Below, one piece after another: positions 9,479 to 16,855 of a DNA stretch of 50,756 nucleotides (the stretch's first letter is position 1; each line of letters starts with the position of its first letter). The notes below the pieces were generated by a model. The model was not told the DNA's origin, did not search any database, and saw only the letters and a program-made list of their open reading frames with translations. The DNA comes from Minisyncoccia bacterium (GTDB lineage: Bacteria > Patescibacteriota > Minisyncoccia > Phycocordibacterales > UBA5272), in the NCBI GenBank assembly GCA_039809325.1, contig JBDHUS010000003.1:1-50756 (forward strand), read 5' to 3'. The translations under genes were made by a program, and so were the position numbers.

Positions 9479-10837
9479 TTATATTCCTGTTTTTCCTATT
9501 AAATTTTTGAGAGTTCTCAAAGTCAAAGACACATCCAACAAAATAGATCTGTGTTTCAAATAATAAATATCATAAGAAAGTTTTTCTTTTGTAGCATCTG
9601 TTGCTATACCAAACTTTGGTACTGATTTTTGCTCTTGATATATTTGGGCGTAACCTGAAAGGCCAGGGGTAATGGTGTGACGGATACCGTAAAAAGGTAT
9701 TTGGTTAGAATATTCTTTTACAAGAGGTGGTATTTCTGGGCGAGGACCAATTAGTGAGAGTTCTCCGTTTATAATATTTATAAGTTGTGGAAGCTCATCA
9801 ATTCTTGTTTTGCGTAAAAATTTGCCAAATTTTGTTACTCTGCTGGCTTCATCTTTACTTGTGCCGTCTGAATTCTTTACTTGGGTCATACTTCTAAATT
9901 TATAAATCTCAAAGACTTCATTATTTTTACCCACTCTCTCAGACACATAAAATAAATCTCCTTTATCCTGAATCCTGAGTCCAATATATACAAAAGGATA
10001 GAAAATTAATGATACAAAAAAGGCGGGGACTGAAATAAGTAGATCAATAAATCTTTTACTTTTTTCATAAAAATTTCCTTTCTTTTGGTAAAGATTATTA
10101 AAGAACCATCCAGCATCTATATTTTCTAATGGAATTTTCTGCAAGACTTCTTCGTAGAGATCTGCGAAATTTACCACATCTACTTTTTCTAAAAGTAATT
10201 CGTAAAAGAGGGAAATAGAATTTTTGATATGTGGGTGATGCATATTTATGGCAAGCATATTAAAATTCCCTTCATGAACTTTATTTTTAATCCTTGTGTA
10301 TAAATCTAACTCTCTATTATCAGAAAGATCTATAAAATCTATTTTATTAATACCTAAAACTTTATTATTTGCCATCTCTTCTTTTAATTCTTGTAATTCA
10401 CTTCCTTCGGCGACAAGTAGTAAGTTTGTGGTCTTTGGAGCTTTTATAAATACTCTCACATATCTTCTCCAGCCAAATATTAGCCCACTAGATATTAGTA
10501 TATATATGATTAAAATTGTTTTTGGAGCGATAGTAAAAGAGGGTGAAGTGTAGAAAATAATTGCTCCAATTACCGAAGAGAGTATTTGGCTAGTTATTAT
10601 TCTTTTATTTAATTCTGTGTATATTTTGACAGACATTTTGTCATACAGGCCGTAAATGTAAAAAGCTAAAAGATTGATAATAATGATTAATAGAAAAGGA
10701 TAAAAGACTTTAGCAAATTCCGCTTCACCGATTATAGATAGATTTCTTATAGATAATGATATGTAAAGAGATAGGGAAAGGATAAAAAAATCGCAGAAAG
10801 CTACGAATATTCTCTTTGTGATTTTGGTTGAAATCAT
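9479..10837 (-). CDS. Priming polyprenyl-phosphate sugar phosphotransferase (WcaJ/WbaP-like)
   Basis: N-terminal TM helices; KRFIDL, YKFRSM, LRKTRIDELPQ, SLIGPRPE, PGLSGYAQ and DIYY motifs. Confidence 0.93.
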   Translation of the reverse strand: MISTKITKRIFVAFCDFFILSLSLYISLSIRNLSIIGEAEFAKVFYPFLLIIIINLLAFYIYGLYDKMSVKIYTELNKRIITSQILSSVIGAIIFYTSPSFTIAPKTILIIYILISSGLIFGWRRYVRVFIKAPKTTNLLLVAEGSELQELKEEMANNKVLGINKIDFIDLSDNRELDLYTRIKNKVHEGNFNMLAINMHHPHIKNSISLFYELLLEKVDVVNFADLYEEVLQKIPLENIDAGWFFNNLYQKKGNFYEKSKRFIDLLISVPAFFVSLIFYPFVYIGLRIQDKGDLFYVSERVGKNNEVFEIYKFRSMTQVKNSDGTSKDEASRVTKFGKFLRKTRIDELPQLINIINGELSLIGPRPEIPPLVKEYSNQIPFYGIRHTITPGLSGYAQIYQEQKSVPKFGIATDATKEKLSYDIYYLKHRSILLDVSLTLRTLKNLIGKTGI

Positions 10838-10888
10838 GTATATTTGTTTATAAGCATATTATACAGATTATTCTAAAAAAATAAAAGT

Positions 10889-11980
10889 ATGAAAATACTA
10901 TATATAATCACCAAAAGTAACTGGGGAGGAGCGCAAAAATATGTCTTTGATTTGGCGAAAAATATAAAGTCGGAAGAGCGGGAGGTGAAAGTGGCTTTTG
11001 GTGGAAACGGACTTCTTTCTCAAAAATTAAATGATGAGAAAATAGAAACAATACACATAAAAAATCTTGATAGAGATGTAAATATTTTAAAAGAATTTTC
11101 TGTGGCGAGCGAACTTTATTCTGTTCTAAAAAAAGAAAATCCAGATATTGTGCACCTTAATAGCTCTAAGATTGGAGCCATTGGATCACTTGTAGCGAGG
11201 CTTGCGGGGATAAAGAAAATAATTTTTACAGCACACGGTTTTCCTTTTAGAGAAGAAAGGCCTTTTTTACAAATAATTTTGATTAAATTTATTTCTTGGC
11301 TTTCTATAATTTTTTCTCACAAGACAATATGTGTATCAAAAAAAGACTATGAGGATGTAAAAGATTGGCTATTTGTACAAGATAAAATCATAACTATTCA
11401 TAATGGAATAGAGATAAATGAAAGTGTAAAAGAAAATAATAAGGAAGAAGGGGAAGTAAAAATAGTTTCAATAGGAGAATTAAATAAAAATAAAGGATTT
11501 GAATATGCTTTGCAAGCGGTAAACTTCTTAAAAGAGAAGGTAAAGAATTTTAAATATACAATTTTATCTTTTGGTGGAGATGAAAGAGAGAGTTTGGAAA
11601 AGCAAATCTCAGAATTGTCTTTAGAAAAATATGTAGATCTTATAATAACTAAAGAAAAAAGCGATAAACTTTTGAAAAATTTTGATATATATTTTATGCC
11701 ATCTATAAAAGAGGGGCTACCTTATGTTTTGCTTGAAGCTGGGATGAATTCTCTACCTATTGTAGCAAGTGATACAGGAGGTATAAATGAAATAGTAGAA
11801 AATTATAAAAATGGTTTTTTAATAAAGCCAAAAGATATAAATGGATTTTTACTTTCTTTAGAAAGATTGATAGCAGATAAAGAATTAAGAGAAAAAATGG
11901 GGCGAGAGGCCAAAGAGAAAGTACGGAGAGAATTTGATTTAGAAAAAATGTTAAAAAAAACAAAAGACATATATTTTTAA
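10889..11980 (+). CDS. Glycosyltransferase family 4
   Basis: WGGAQKYV, PDIVHLNSSK, FTAHG and EGLPYVLLEAG motifs. Confidence 0.93.
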   Translation: MKILYIITKSNWGGAQKYVFDLAKNIKSEEREVKVAFGGNGLLSQKLNDEKIETIHIKNLDRDVNILKEFSVASELYSVLKKENPDIVHLNSSKIGAIGSLVARLAGIKKIIFTAHGFPFREERPFLQIILIKFISWLSIIFSHKTICVSKKDYEDVKDWLFVQDKIITIHNGIEINESVKENNKEEGEVKIVSIGELNKNKGFEYALQAVNFLKEKVKNFKYTILSFGGDERESLEKQISELSLEKYVDLIITKEKSDKLLKNFDIYFMPSIKEGLPYVLLEAGMNSLPIVASDTGGINEIVENYKNGFLIKPKDINGFLLSLERLIADKELREKMGREAKEKVRREFDLEKMLKKTKDIYF

Positions 11981-11984
11981 AAAC

Positions 11985-12013
11985 TTGCAATTTTTCTAGC
12001 CTAATGATATAAT
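11985..12013 (+). promoter_or_regulatory. Sigma70 promoter of sRNA unit 1
   Basis: TTGCAA-N17-TATAAT with TG extension. Confidence 0.75.
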
Positions 12014-12019
12014 ATAATA

Positions 12020-12085
12020 AGTTAAGGAATTAATTTAGGTTTGGTAAGGATAAGGTTGGCCGAGTATTTCTATATTCGGCTTTTT
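12020..12085 (+). ncRNA. Candidate small RNA, array unit 1 (about 65 nt)
   Basis: Own promoter, C-free 5' segment, hairpin GGCCGAGTAT-TTCT-ATATTCGGCT followed by a T run; no ORF. Confidence 0.6.
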
Positions 12086-12087
12086 AT

Positions 12088-12115
12088 TTGCATTTGAATT
12101 GTATAGTAGTATAAT
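12088..12115 (+). promoter_or_regulatory. Sigma70 promoter of sRNA unit 2
   Basis: TTGCAT-N16-TATAAT directly after the unit 1 terminator. Confidence 0.7.
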
Positions 12116-12120
12116 GAAAT

Positions 12121-12186
12121 AGGTTTAAAGAATTATTAAATTGTTAATGGTTAATGAAATACCCCTGTTTCTACAGGGGTATTTTT
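12121..12186 (+). ncRNA. Candidate small RNA, array unit 2 (about 65 nt)
   Basis: Own promoter, C-free 5' segment similar to unit 1, perfect hairpin AAATACCCCTGT-TTCT-ACAGGGGTATTT with T run. Confidence 0.62.
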
Positions 12187-12200
12187 GATAATACAATCGC

Positions 12201-12229
12201 TTGCATTAATTTTTTTTATATGCTATAAT
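12201..12229 (+). promoter_or_regulatory. Sigma70 promoter of sRNA unit 3
   Basis: TTGCAT-N17-TATAAT with TG extension. Confidence 0.75.
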
Positions 12230-12234
12230 GTATT

Positions 12235-12295
12235 TGGTATTAAATGGATAGATGGCTTTAAAGGATAGGCTACAATATGTAGCTTATCCTTTAAA
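12235..12295 (+). ncRNA. Candidate small RNA, array unit 3 (3' end uncertain, may reach about 12332)
   Basis: Own promoter, C-free 5' segment, 18-bp hairpin TTTAAAGGATAGGCTACA-ATA-TGTAGCTTATCCTTTAAA. Confidence 0.52.
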
Positions 12296-12320
12296 AATAT
12301 CCTCTATATTTAAAATTTAA

Positions 12321-12388
12321 ATATTTTTTTTTCATATAAGCAGTTAGTTTTGAGTAGCCCTCCCGTTTCTACAGGAGGTCTTTTTTTT
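12321..12388 (+). ncRNA. Candidate small RNA, array unit 4
   Basis: T9-CATATAAGCAGTTAGTTTTGAGTA then hairpin GCCCTCCCGT-TTCT-ACAGGAGGTC and T8; promoter weak (TAAAAT 12311-12316), so it may be co-transcribed with unit 3. Confidence 0.55.
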
Positions 12389-12425
12389 ATTTTATTTTAT
12401 GATATTATTTATTAATAATATTATT

Positions 12426-12496
12426 GGGTCTATAGTTCAGTGGTAGAATAGCGGTCTCCAAAACCGTTGACCGAGGTTCGAATCCTCGTGGACCCG
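12426..12496 (+). tRNA. tRNA-Trp (CCA)
   Basis: Cloverleaf: acceptor GGGTCTA/TGGACCC, anticodon arm GCGGT-CTCCAAA-ACCGT, T arm CGAGG-TTCGAAT-CCTCG; 3' CCA not encoded. Confidence 0.97.
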
Positions 12497-12507
12497 CAAA
12501 ATTATAT

Positions 12508-13089
12508 ATGAAAGTATATTTCTGTTCACAACATATAAATATTACAGATAAATATTGGCAAAATAAAGCTTGCACTTTGTGTACTCTTTGGATGGCTTTA
12601 AAGTCTTTAAATGATGATTTTAATCTATCTCCAGATGAGCTTTTAAATGAAGCATTATTAATTAATTCTTTTATTGATCCTGGATATTGGAATCATTTAA
12701 AAATAGCAATACTTGCTCACAATCACGGCTCTCCAGCATACAATGAAGAATTTAAAAGTTTTCCTTTTGGAAAAGAGACAAAATATGCAGAATCAATAAG
12801 GGACTTTGGAGTAGAGAAGATTTTTAATTTTATAAAAAATAAAGAAGGATTTGTTATAGCTTCTGTACCAAAAGATTTTATACATTTTGATAAACCACAT
12901 TCAATATTGATTCATAATATAGAAGAGGTGGAGGATGGAGGTGAAATTAAAAAATATTTTATATATAATGATAGTGAAAAATTAAATGAAGAAGATGGGG
13001 CAAATTTAAAAGTATCAAAAGAAGAATTTAAAGAAAAATGGCGAAGACTTGGTATATTTATAAATAAAATTAATAATCAATATAAATAG
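12508..13089 (+). CDS. Peptidase C39-like (papain-fold) protein
   Basis: SQ...ACTLCTLWMAL, PHSILI and IYNDS match the Q/C/H/D layout of C39-like proteins. Confidence 0.65.
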   Translation: MKVYFCSQHINITDKYWQNKACTLCTLWMALKSLNDDFNLSPDELLNEALLINSFIDPGYWNHLKIAILAHNHGSPAYNEEFKSFPFGKETKYAESIRDFGVEKIFNFIKNKEGFVIASVPKDFIHFDKPHSILIHNIEEVEDGGEIKKYFIYNDSEKLNEEDGANLKVSKEEFKEKWRRLGIFINKINNQYK

Positions 13090-13090
13090 A

Positions 13091-13125
13091 AATAAAAAAG
13101 TCGCACTAATTGATTTTGGTGCGAC
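13091..13125. terminator. Intrinsic terminator between convergent genes
   Basis: GTCGCAC/GTGCGAC stem with an upstream A run. Confidence 0.65.
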
Positions 13126-13136
13126 GAATTATTTTA

Positions 13137-13613
13137 TTATATTTCTGGTTTATAATACTGTATACCAAGAGAACCTTTTTTCTCGGTACCATCTGGAAGA
13201 TGGTATAGCTGATCTCTTATAGATAAAGAAAGTATAGATCCAGGAATAAGGAGAATATTTTTAAATTTCTCCTCATCAATATGCCAAAGCATAGTGTCTA
13301 GGATATCGAGAAATTCTAATTCTCCATCTCCTTTTATTCTTTCGAATTTATAGACATCGTCTCCAGTCACACCAGTGTCTGGATAAATTTTTATAATTTT
13401 CCATTTTTGGTTTTCGTTTATTATGTCTAGATTCTCTAGGGCTTCAACAATTTTTGAATCTCCAATAATCGCATGACTATTTAGAGTATTCAAAAGATCT
13501 TTCTTAAGTTTTTTAGCTTCTTTATATTTATACAAATATAAATATATAAGAATAAAAAATAAGAAGAAAAGAACAAAAGCACTGAAAATTAATAGAATTG
13601 CAGAGATGAACAT
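13137..13613 (-). CDS. Hypothetical protein with N-terminal membrane anchor
   Basis: 158-aa ORF with hydrophobic N-terminus and own TTGACA-N17-TATATT promoter (13656-13684, minus). Confidence 0.65.
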   Translation of the reverse strand: MFISAILLIFSAFVLFFLFFILIYLYLYKYKEAKKLKKDLLNTLNSHAIIGDSKIVEALENLDIINENQKWKIIKIYPDTGVTGDDVYKFERIKGDGELEFLDILDTMLWHIDEEKFKNILLIPGSILSLSIRDQLYHLPDGTEKKGSLGIQYYKPEI

Positions 13614-13777
13614 TTTTTTAATTTTTTTGTGAAAGGATAAATTTTTATCTATTTGAATATATTATATTTAATTTACTTTGTCAAATTTTATTTTTTTATT
13701 ATTTTATTAAATAAAATATCTTCTTATAAGAATATACTTATGATATAATCTTTTAAAATAAAGCTATATTTATATAT

Positions 13778-15628
13778 ATGAATATTAATCAGATAAGAAA
13801 AAAATATTTGGATTTTATGAAGTCAAAAGGGCATATTATTGTCCCTTCTAGCTCTCTTATTCCAGAAAATGATGCTACCACTCTTTTTACTGCTGCTGGA
13901 ATGCAGTCAATGATAAATTATATTTTAGGAGAAAAACATCAAGCAGGAAATACAATAGCAGATACTCAAAAATGTTTTCGCTCACAAGATATAGAAGAAG
14001 TTGGAGACAACAGACATACTACATTTTTTGAAATGCTTGGTAATTGGAGTTTTGGAGATTATTTTAAAGAAGAACAAATAGATTTTTTGTATCAATTTTT
14101 AACAGATAAAGAAGTTGGGCTAGGTCTTGATTTGAATAGATTATATTTTTCTTATTATGCTGGCGATGAAAAATTAAATATAAAAGAAGATATTGATATA
14201 AAAAATTATTTATTAAATAAAGGAATAAATGAAAATCATATTTATAAATATGATAATAAAAAGAATTGGTGGAGCCGTGCTGGAGCTCCAGAGAATATGC
14301 CAGAAGGCGAGCCTGGTGGACCTGACTGCGAAGTATTTTTTGATTTTGATCCAGATGGAGAAATGAAAATTCATAAAAATAGCGAATTTAAGAGTGATAT
14401 ATGTCATCCAAATTGTGATTGCGGTAGATTTCTAGAAATAGGAAATAGTGTCTTTATACAATATAAAAAAATAGGAGATAAATTGATAGAGCTAGAGCAG
14501 AAAAATGTGGATTTTGGTGGAGGGCTTACAAGGCTCGCTGCAGCGATTAATGATGATGCTGATATTTTTAATTTAAATATTTTTGATAGAGCAAAAGAGA
14601 TATTAGAAAATCTTGCAAATAAAAAATATAATGAAAATGAAGAAGTTAAAAGAAATTTTAGAATTATTTTAGATCATATACAGGCTGCTACATTTTTAAT
14701 AGGAGATGGAGTAATGCCTGGAAATAAAGATCAAAATTATTTTGTAAGAAGACTTATAAGAAGAGCAATAGTTGCAGGCCATAAATTAAATATTAAAGAT
14801 AATTTTACAAAGAGTATAGCAGAAACTTTTATAGAATATTATAAAGAAGGAGAAGAATATCTTGGAGATAATTTATCTAAAAATAAAGAAAAAATATCAG
14901 AAGAATTAGAAAAAGAAGAAATAAAATTTAAAAAGACACTTCAAAACGGATTAAAAGAATTTGAGAAAGCGAGTGATAATGGTATTTCAAAAGAAGAAGC
15001 TTTTAATCTTCTTCAAACTTATGGATTTCCAATAGAATTAACAATAGAATTAGCCAAAGAAAAGAATTTAGAAGTAGATTTAGAGGGGTTTAATAAATTA
15101 AAAGAAGAACATGCAGAAAAAAGTAGAACTGCAAGTAGTGGAATGTTTAAAGGAGGTCTCGCAGATAATAGTGAAATTACAACAGCTCTTCACACAACTT
15201 GTCATCTTATGCTTGCTGGTATGAAAAAAGTACTTGGAGAGAATGTTTCTCAAGCAGGAAGTAATATCACAACTGAAAGATTAAGATTTGATTTTAATTT
15301 TGATAGAAAAGTAGAAGAAAAAGAGATAAAAGAAATAGAAAATTATGTAAATAATACTATCAAAAGTGGATTTAATGTCAGAATAGAAGAAATGCAAAAA
15401 GAAAAAGCAAAAGAAGCAGGGGTGACAGGGTCATTTTGGGAAAAGTATCCAGATATAGTAAAAGTTTACAATATAATAGGAAATACAGGAGAAATATATT
15501 CAAGAGAGCTTTGTGGAGGTCCTCATGTAGAAAATAGTAATAATTATTTGAAAGGAAAAATTTTTAAAATTATAAAAGAAGAGGCAGTTTCAGCTGGTAT
15601 AAGAAGATTTAAAGGTGTATTAGTATAA
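13778..15628 (+). CDS. alaS: Alanine--tRNA ligase, short form without C-Ala domain
   Basis: LFTAAGMQ, RHTTFFEMLGNWSFGDYFK, editing motifs HTTCH and ELCGGPHV; ends at AGIRRFKGVLV. Confidence 0.97.
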   Translation: MNINQIRKKYLDFMKSKGHIIVPSSSLIPENDATTLFTAAGMQSMINYILGEKHQAGNTIADTQKCFRSQDIEEVGDNRHTTFFEMLGNWSFGDYFKEEQIDFLYQFLTDKEVGLGLDLNRLYFSYYAGDEKLNIKEDIDIKNYLLNKGINENHIYKYDNKKNWWSRAGAPENMPEGEPGGPDCEVFFDFDPDGEMKIHKNSEFKSDICHPNCDCGRFLEIGNSVFIQYKKIGDKLIELEQKNVDFGGGLTRLAAAINDDADIFNLNIFDRAKEILENLANKKYNENEEVKRNFRIILDHIQAATFLIGDGVMPGNKDQNYFVRRLIRRAIVAGHKLNIKDNFTKSIAETFIEYYKEGEEYLGDNLSKNKEKISEELEKEEIKFKKTLQNGLKEFEKASDNGISKEEAFNLLQTYGFPIELTIELAKEKNLEVDLEGFNKLKEEHAEKSRTASSGMFKGGLADNSEITTALHTTCHLMLAGMKKVLGENVSQAGSNITTERLRFDFNFDRKVEEKEIKEIENYVNNTIKSGFNVRIEEMQKEKAKEAGVTGSFWEKYPDIVKVYNIIGNTGEIYSRELCGGPHVENSNNYLKGKIFKIIKEEAVSAGIRRFKGVLV

Positions 15629-15715
15629 ATATAATTATAATAAAATTTGACTTCGTTTAAGTTTTTTAGTAGATTTAATTTGGTAATTATATTTTCAAAC
15701 TTAAACTTTTTTAAA

Positions 15716-16339
15716 ATGAATATTTCAGATTCAAAAATAAAAAATCTTGGAAGTCTAGAAATACTAGAACCATACACTAGAAGTGGCTTAAAAAAATTTT
15801 TTAGAGAAAGAGAGTTAAAAGCTGGAGAATTAAATAAAAAAATAGAAGAATTAGAAAAAGAAATTCATGATTTTTTTAAATATGGAAAAGAAAAAGTTCT
15901 TCTTTTTTTAGATTATACTAAAAATGAAAATAGAGTATATGTTAAACCAAATAAATGCTCTACGAGAAGTATTAATCCATATTTGGATAGCACAAATTAT
16001 GATTTAAAAAAAGGAATTGTTTTAGAGTCCATTACATTAATTCGAAAAGAGTTTCTATCATTACAAAAAATAGAATATTCTTATGTATTAAAATTTTCAT
16101 TTGAAAAAAACTCTAGCAGACTAACACCTACTCTATCATTCCAATTCTCAAGATTTTATTTTATGAGTTCATCCCTTTCTTTTATAGAAAAAAGAAGGAG
16201 TTTATTAGGTACATTAGCAGATTGTGAATTATCATTATCATTTTATGACAAAGATATTTACAATAATACATTAAAAATCTTGAAAAATAATTTTAATTTT
16301 TTATTTAATAAAGAAAAAAAAGATAAATGCCTCATTTAA
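15716..16339 (+). CDS. Hypothetical protein
   Basis: Long ORF (ATG 15716 preferred over TTG 15647) followed by a terminator; no recognisable motif. Confidence 0.55.
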   Translation: MNISDSKIKNLGSLEILEPYTRSGLKKFFRERELKAGELNKKIEELEKEIHDFFKYGKEKVLLFLDYTKNENRVYVKPNKCSTRSINPYLDSTNYDLKKGIVLESITLIRKEFLSLQKIEYSYVLKFSFEKNSSRLTPTLSFQFSRFYFMSSSLSFIEKRRSLLGTLADCELSLSFYDKDIYNNTLKILKNNFNFLFNKEKKDKCLI

Positions 16340-16353
16340 AAGAGGCATTTTTT
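16325..16353 (+). terminator. Intrinsic terminator
   Basis: AAATGCCTC/GAGGCATTT stem with T run. Confidence 0.7.
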
Positions 16354-16369
16354 ATGTTAAAATATAATT

Positions 16370-16855
16370 ATGACTTATCAAGGGTATATACAAAAATATT
16401 TAGATATTAAAGTTTATAAAGATAAAACTATTATAAAATATTGTAATAATAATAATATTTGTTTTATACATGAATACCAATTAGGTATAGATAAAATAGA
16501 AAAAGCATTGGTAAGTGAAATTATTATGAGTAATTGGATAGGTGAAGTTATTTATACATTAGATCAAATATCTTTAGCAGACAGAGTCCCTACCACTATA
16601 TATTTATATACAGAAAAATACAGCACTATATTTGAGAAGTTTTTAAAGGATAAAAACACTTATTCACAATTTTATATAGAAAATAAAGAAAATATACATT
16701 CTCCTCGTGTTATAATAAAAAAGATAAATTATGCAATTATTAATTCTCACATAGAGAGCTCTCTCTCGCATAAAGATTTAAAAGAAAACAATCTAAATCA
16801 AAAATCAAAAATATATGAGAGATATACGAAAGCGATATCACAATTCAAAATCTAA
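16370..16855 (+). CDS. Hypothetical protein, overlapping the baseplate-J-like gene
   Basis: 161-aa ORF with TGtTAAAAT 6 nt before the ATG. Confidence 0.6.
   Translation: MTYQGYIQKYLDIKVYKDKTIIKYCNNNNICFIHEYQLGIDKIEKALVSEIIMSNWIGEVIYTLDQISLADRVPTTIYLYTEKYSTIFEKFLKDKNTYSQFYIENKENIHSPRVIIKKINYAIINSHIESSLSHKDLKENNLNQKSKIYERYTKAISQFKI

Noticed and set aside
1406-11980. Poly-A/T tracts in glycosyltransferases as contingency loci
   Set aside because: Runs of 8-10 A/T are expected at this composition and the frames are intact; no poly-G/C tracts were seen.
12058-12380. TTTCTAC repeats as a Cas12a-like CRISPR array
   Set aside because: Only 7-11 nt recur, stems differ, spacing is irregular, the gaps contain promoters and no cas genes are present.
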